DNA of 56,728 nt, taken from a virus. Lineage: Duplodnaviria > Caudoviricetes. The translations under genes and the position numbers were made by a program. The DNA lies in the IMG/VR virus record IMGVR_UViG_3300008262_000238, positions 1-56,728 of that record. One strand, written 5' to 3'. The notes beneath the pieces are model-generated. The model searched no databases. It saw nothing but the letters and a program-made list of their open reading frames with translations, and was not told the DNA's origin. Shown here piece after piece: positions 55,099 to 56,728 of this stretch (position 1 is its first letter; every line of letters begins with the position of its first letter).

Positions 55099-55329
55099 CT
55101 ACTTAATTTTACGATACACAGGTTCTTGTATCAGTTTATACTTAGATTCTTTCTCACAGGGAACACATTTCTGAGGAGTTCTGATTGAAAAAAGAGCTAT
55201 CAGAGAAGTTATATAAACAAAGAACCATATAACATATTTGAATGATTGTCCGTTGTTGTCAAACTTAGCAAGTGTTGCCCCAACAGGAATACATAGTATT
55301 AAAGCTGCTATTATCTCAATTATCTCCAT
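55099..55329 (-). CDS. Small membrane protein
   Basis: Two hydrophobic helices. Confidence 0.6.
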   Translation of the reverse strand: MEIIEIIAALILCIPVGATLAKFDNNGQSFKYVIWFFVYITSLIALFSIRTPQKCVPCEKESKYKLIQEPVYRKIK

Positions 55330-55588
55330 ATCACACACGTTTTAAAATTAAAAAATTACATATTAATAATACAAATATATAAAAATTGTTTGGATCCACA
55401 AAATTAAACCCAAACAATTTTCTTTTTACCAACACCACAATTTAAAGATTTAGTTAACTCATCAATGAATTCTTTTTCACTTACTTTACAATATTGATCA
55501 CTCTCATTATCAAAATTCATTACCATTTTAAAATACTCAAGAATTGATTTGTCCATCTTTACTATTTGTACATTATCTTTCATAATTT

Positions 55589-55915
55589 TTATTTTTGTTT
55601 ATTATACCAATTAATGAATTTCACAACACCATCAAAAGCGATATTTATTTCACAAGAAAAAACAGTTTCTTCAAGATCCCTAAGTATGTAAATATCATTT
55701 GCGTCTTTTGGATTACTCAATAGGTTCTTACACGTTTTAACTACTGGCATCAACCATTCCCAAGACTTATTATATTTCATTTCATTAGGCTCTAAGAAAG
55801 GAAAATCCAAATCATAAAAATAGTATCTATCATCATTTATACCTTCGTGATATCTAAGTGTTTTAATACCCATAAAGTCCGCGATCATTACATTCTTTTC
55901 TTCAATTGTTACCAT
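55589..55915 (-). CDS. Phage protein (IADFMG...Y..SW.WLMPVV...FI.WYN)
   Basis: 108-aa ORF. Confidence 0.72.
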   Translation of the reverse strand: MVTIEEKNVMIADFMGIKTLRYHEGINDDRYYFYDLDFPFLEPNEMKYNKSWEWLMPVVKTCKNLLSNPKDANDIYILRDLEETVFSCEINIAFDGVVKFINWYNKQK

Positions 55916-55920
55916 ATCTT

Positions 55921-56283
55921 TTATTTTTCTCGTTCAATAAATTCAATTAACTTTTCAAGACAAGCAATCTCTGCAAGTTCAAATGTCTCATATAAGTCAC
56001 CGTAGTATATCCTGTCCTTTTGAAAGTTATCAAGTGTATAACTCCAATTATTTTTTGTCACTTGGTTTATTTTGATTGTCCACAGGTAGTTTTCTCTAAA
56101 CCACCTAAATGCTTGTGAGAATGTTGGGGCTAAAACATTTGTTTCTGCCACATTGTTTGGATTTACATATTTAATTTTACCTAATTCCTTAAATCCGCCC
56201 ATATAAAAACTAAAACAAGGTTCATCAAAACCCAATTGTTTCAATTTTAAAGCGTGGTCATAAGGTACAAATTCTTTTTCCAT
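55921..56283 (-). CDS. Phage protein (FVPY..AL.LK.LGFDEPC...APT..QAFRWFRE)
   Basis: 120-aa ORF; a short related 5' remnant EFVPYPLALRMKALGFDEP lies at ~54810-54870. Confidence 0.75.
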   Translation of the reverse strand: MEKEFVPYDHALKLKQLGFDEPCFSFYMGGFKELGKIKYVNPNNVAETNVLAPTFSQAFRWFRENYLWTIKINQVTKNNWSYTLDNFQKDRIYYGDLYETFELAEIACLEKLIEFIEREK

Positions 56284-56384
56284 ATCTCTTAGTCTTTTCT
56301 ATTTATATTAATACCTATGATAATTCCCGTGATTATCCCAATCGCTAACATTAATGTTTCTATATTCATATCTCTTATTGTTTA

Positions 56385-56657
56385 TTACTCATTAATAACT
56401 TCTTTAGCCAGTCTTAAAATACAATCTTTGTATGACTCTGTTTCAACTGAACCGTAGGTTTTACCCCAAAGACCAGTAACGATTACTTGTGTCTCTTTAA
56501 ACGGTAATGGTTCATTAATTTTGGTTTTACCTAACACCAATAACATACCTTCAATCGCACCCAATCGTCTTAGAATATCTTTACTATTGTGTTTTTGATC
56601 GTGCATGTTAATAATGATAATTGAAATGTCTTTTTTGATTTCTTCTCTGGTCTTCAT
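56385..56657 (-). CDS. Hypothetical protein
   Basis: Start MKTREE after the TATCTTTG promoter (56675). Confidence 0.7.
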   Translation of the reverse strand: MKTREEIKKDISIIIINMHDQKHNSKDILRRLGAIEGMLLVLGKTKINEPLPFKETQVIVTGLWGKTYGSVETESYKDCILRLAKEVINE

Positions 56658-56728
56658 ATCTCTTATTGTTTCTACAAAGATACAACGCAAATAAAAAACC
56701 CACAACCTGTTAAAGTGTGGGTTTTGAT

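Noticed and set aside
590-55188. Short antisense or alternate-frame ORFs nested in longer genes (e.g. 590-829, 9487-9819, 32274-32708, 33906-34316, 54381-54701)
   Set aside because: Shadow ORFs of well-supported genes with no independent start signals.
1-56728. Stop-codon reassignment
   Set aside because: Long genes are intact in code 11, TAG/TGA end plausible genes, and no suppressor tRNA was found.

Overview
AT-rich segment of a large (jumbo-type) dsDNA tailed phage genome, standard genetic code. The host is probably a Bacteroidota: TAnnTTTG/-33 TTTG promoters precede many genes, and no Shine-Dalgarno sites are apparent. Positions 1.6-13.3 kb hold a minus-strand cluster of 25 tRNA genes, three homing-type endonucleases, ten tRNA-shaped elements with variable cores, micro-ORFs and many stem-closed ncRNA candidates. 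The most striking feature is a pair of apparent ribosome-coupled attenuators (leader peptide + antiterminator + intrinsic terminator), one heading each tRNA block. The codons of each leader closely match the tRNAs encoded downstream, which suggests a sensor of tRNA depletion. The rest of the window holds large putative virion proteins, accessory genes (guaC, acyl-CoA thioesterase, FKBP PPIase, ferritin-like, DNA methyltransferase), dozens of unrelated small proteins sharing conserved N-terminal leaders (possible capsid-targeting/protease-cleaved peptides), two integron-like cassettes and a non-coding G/C-run region. All calls were made by eye; no searches or folding programs were run.
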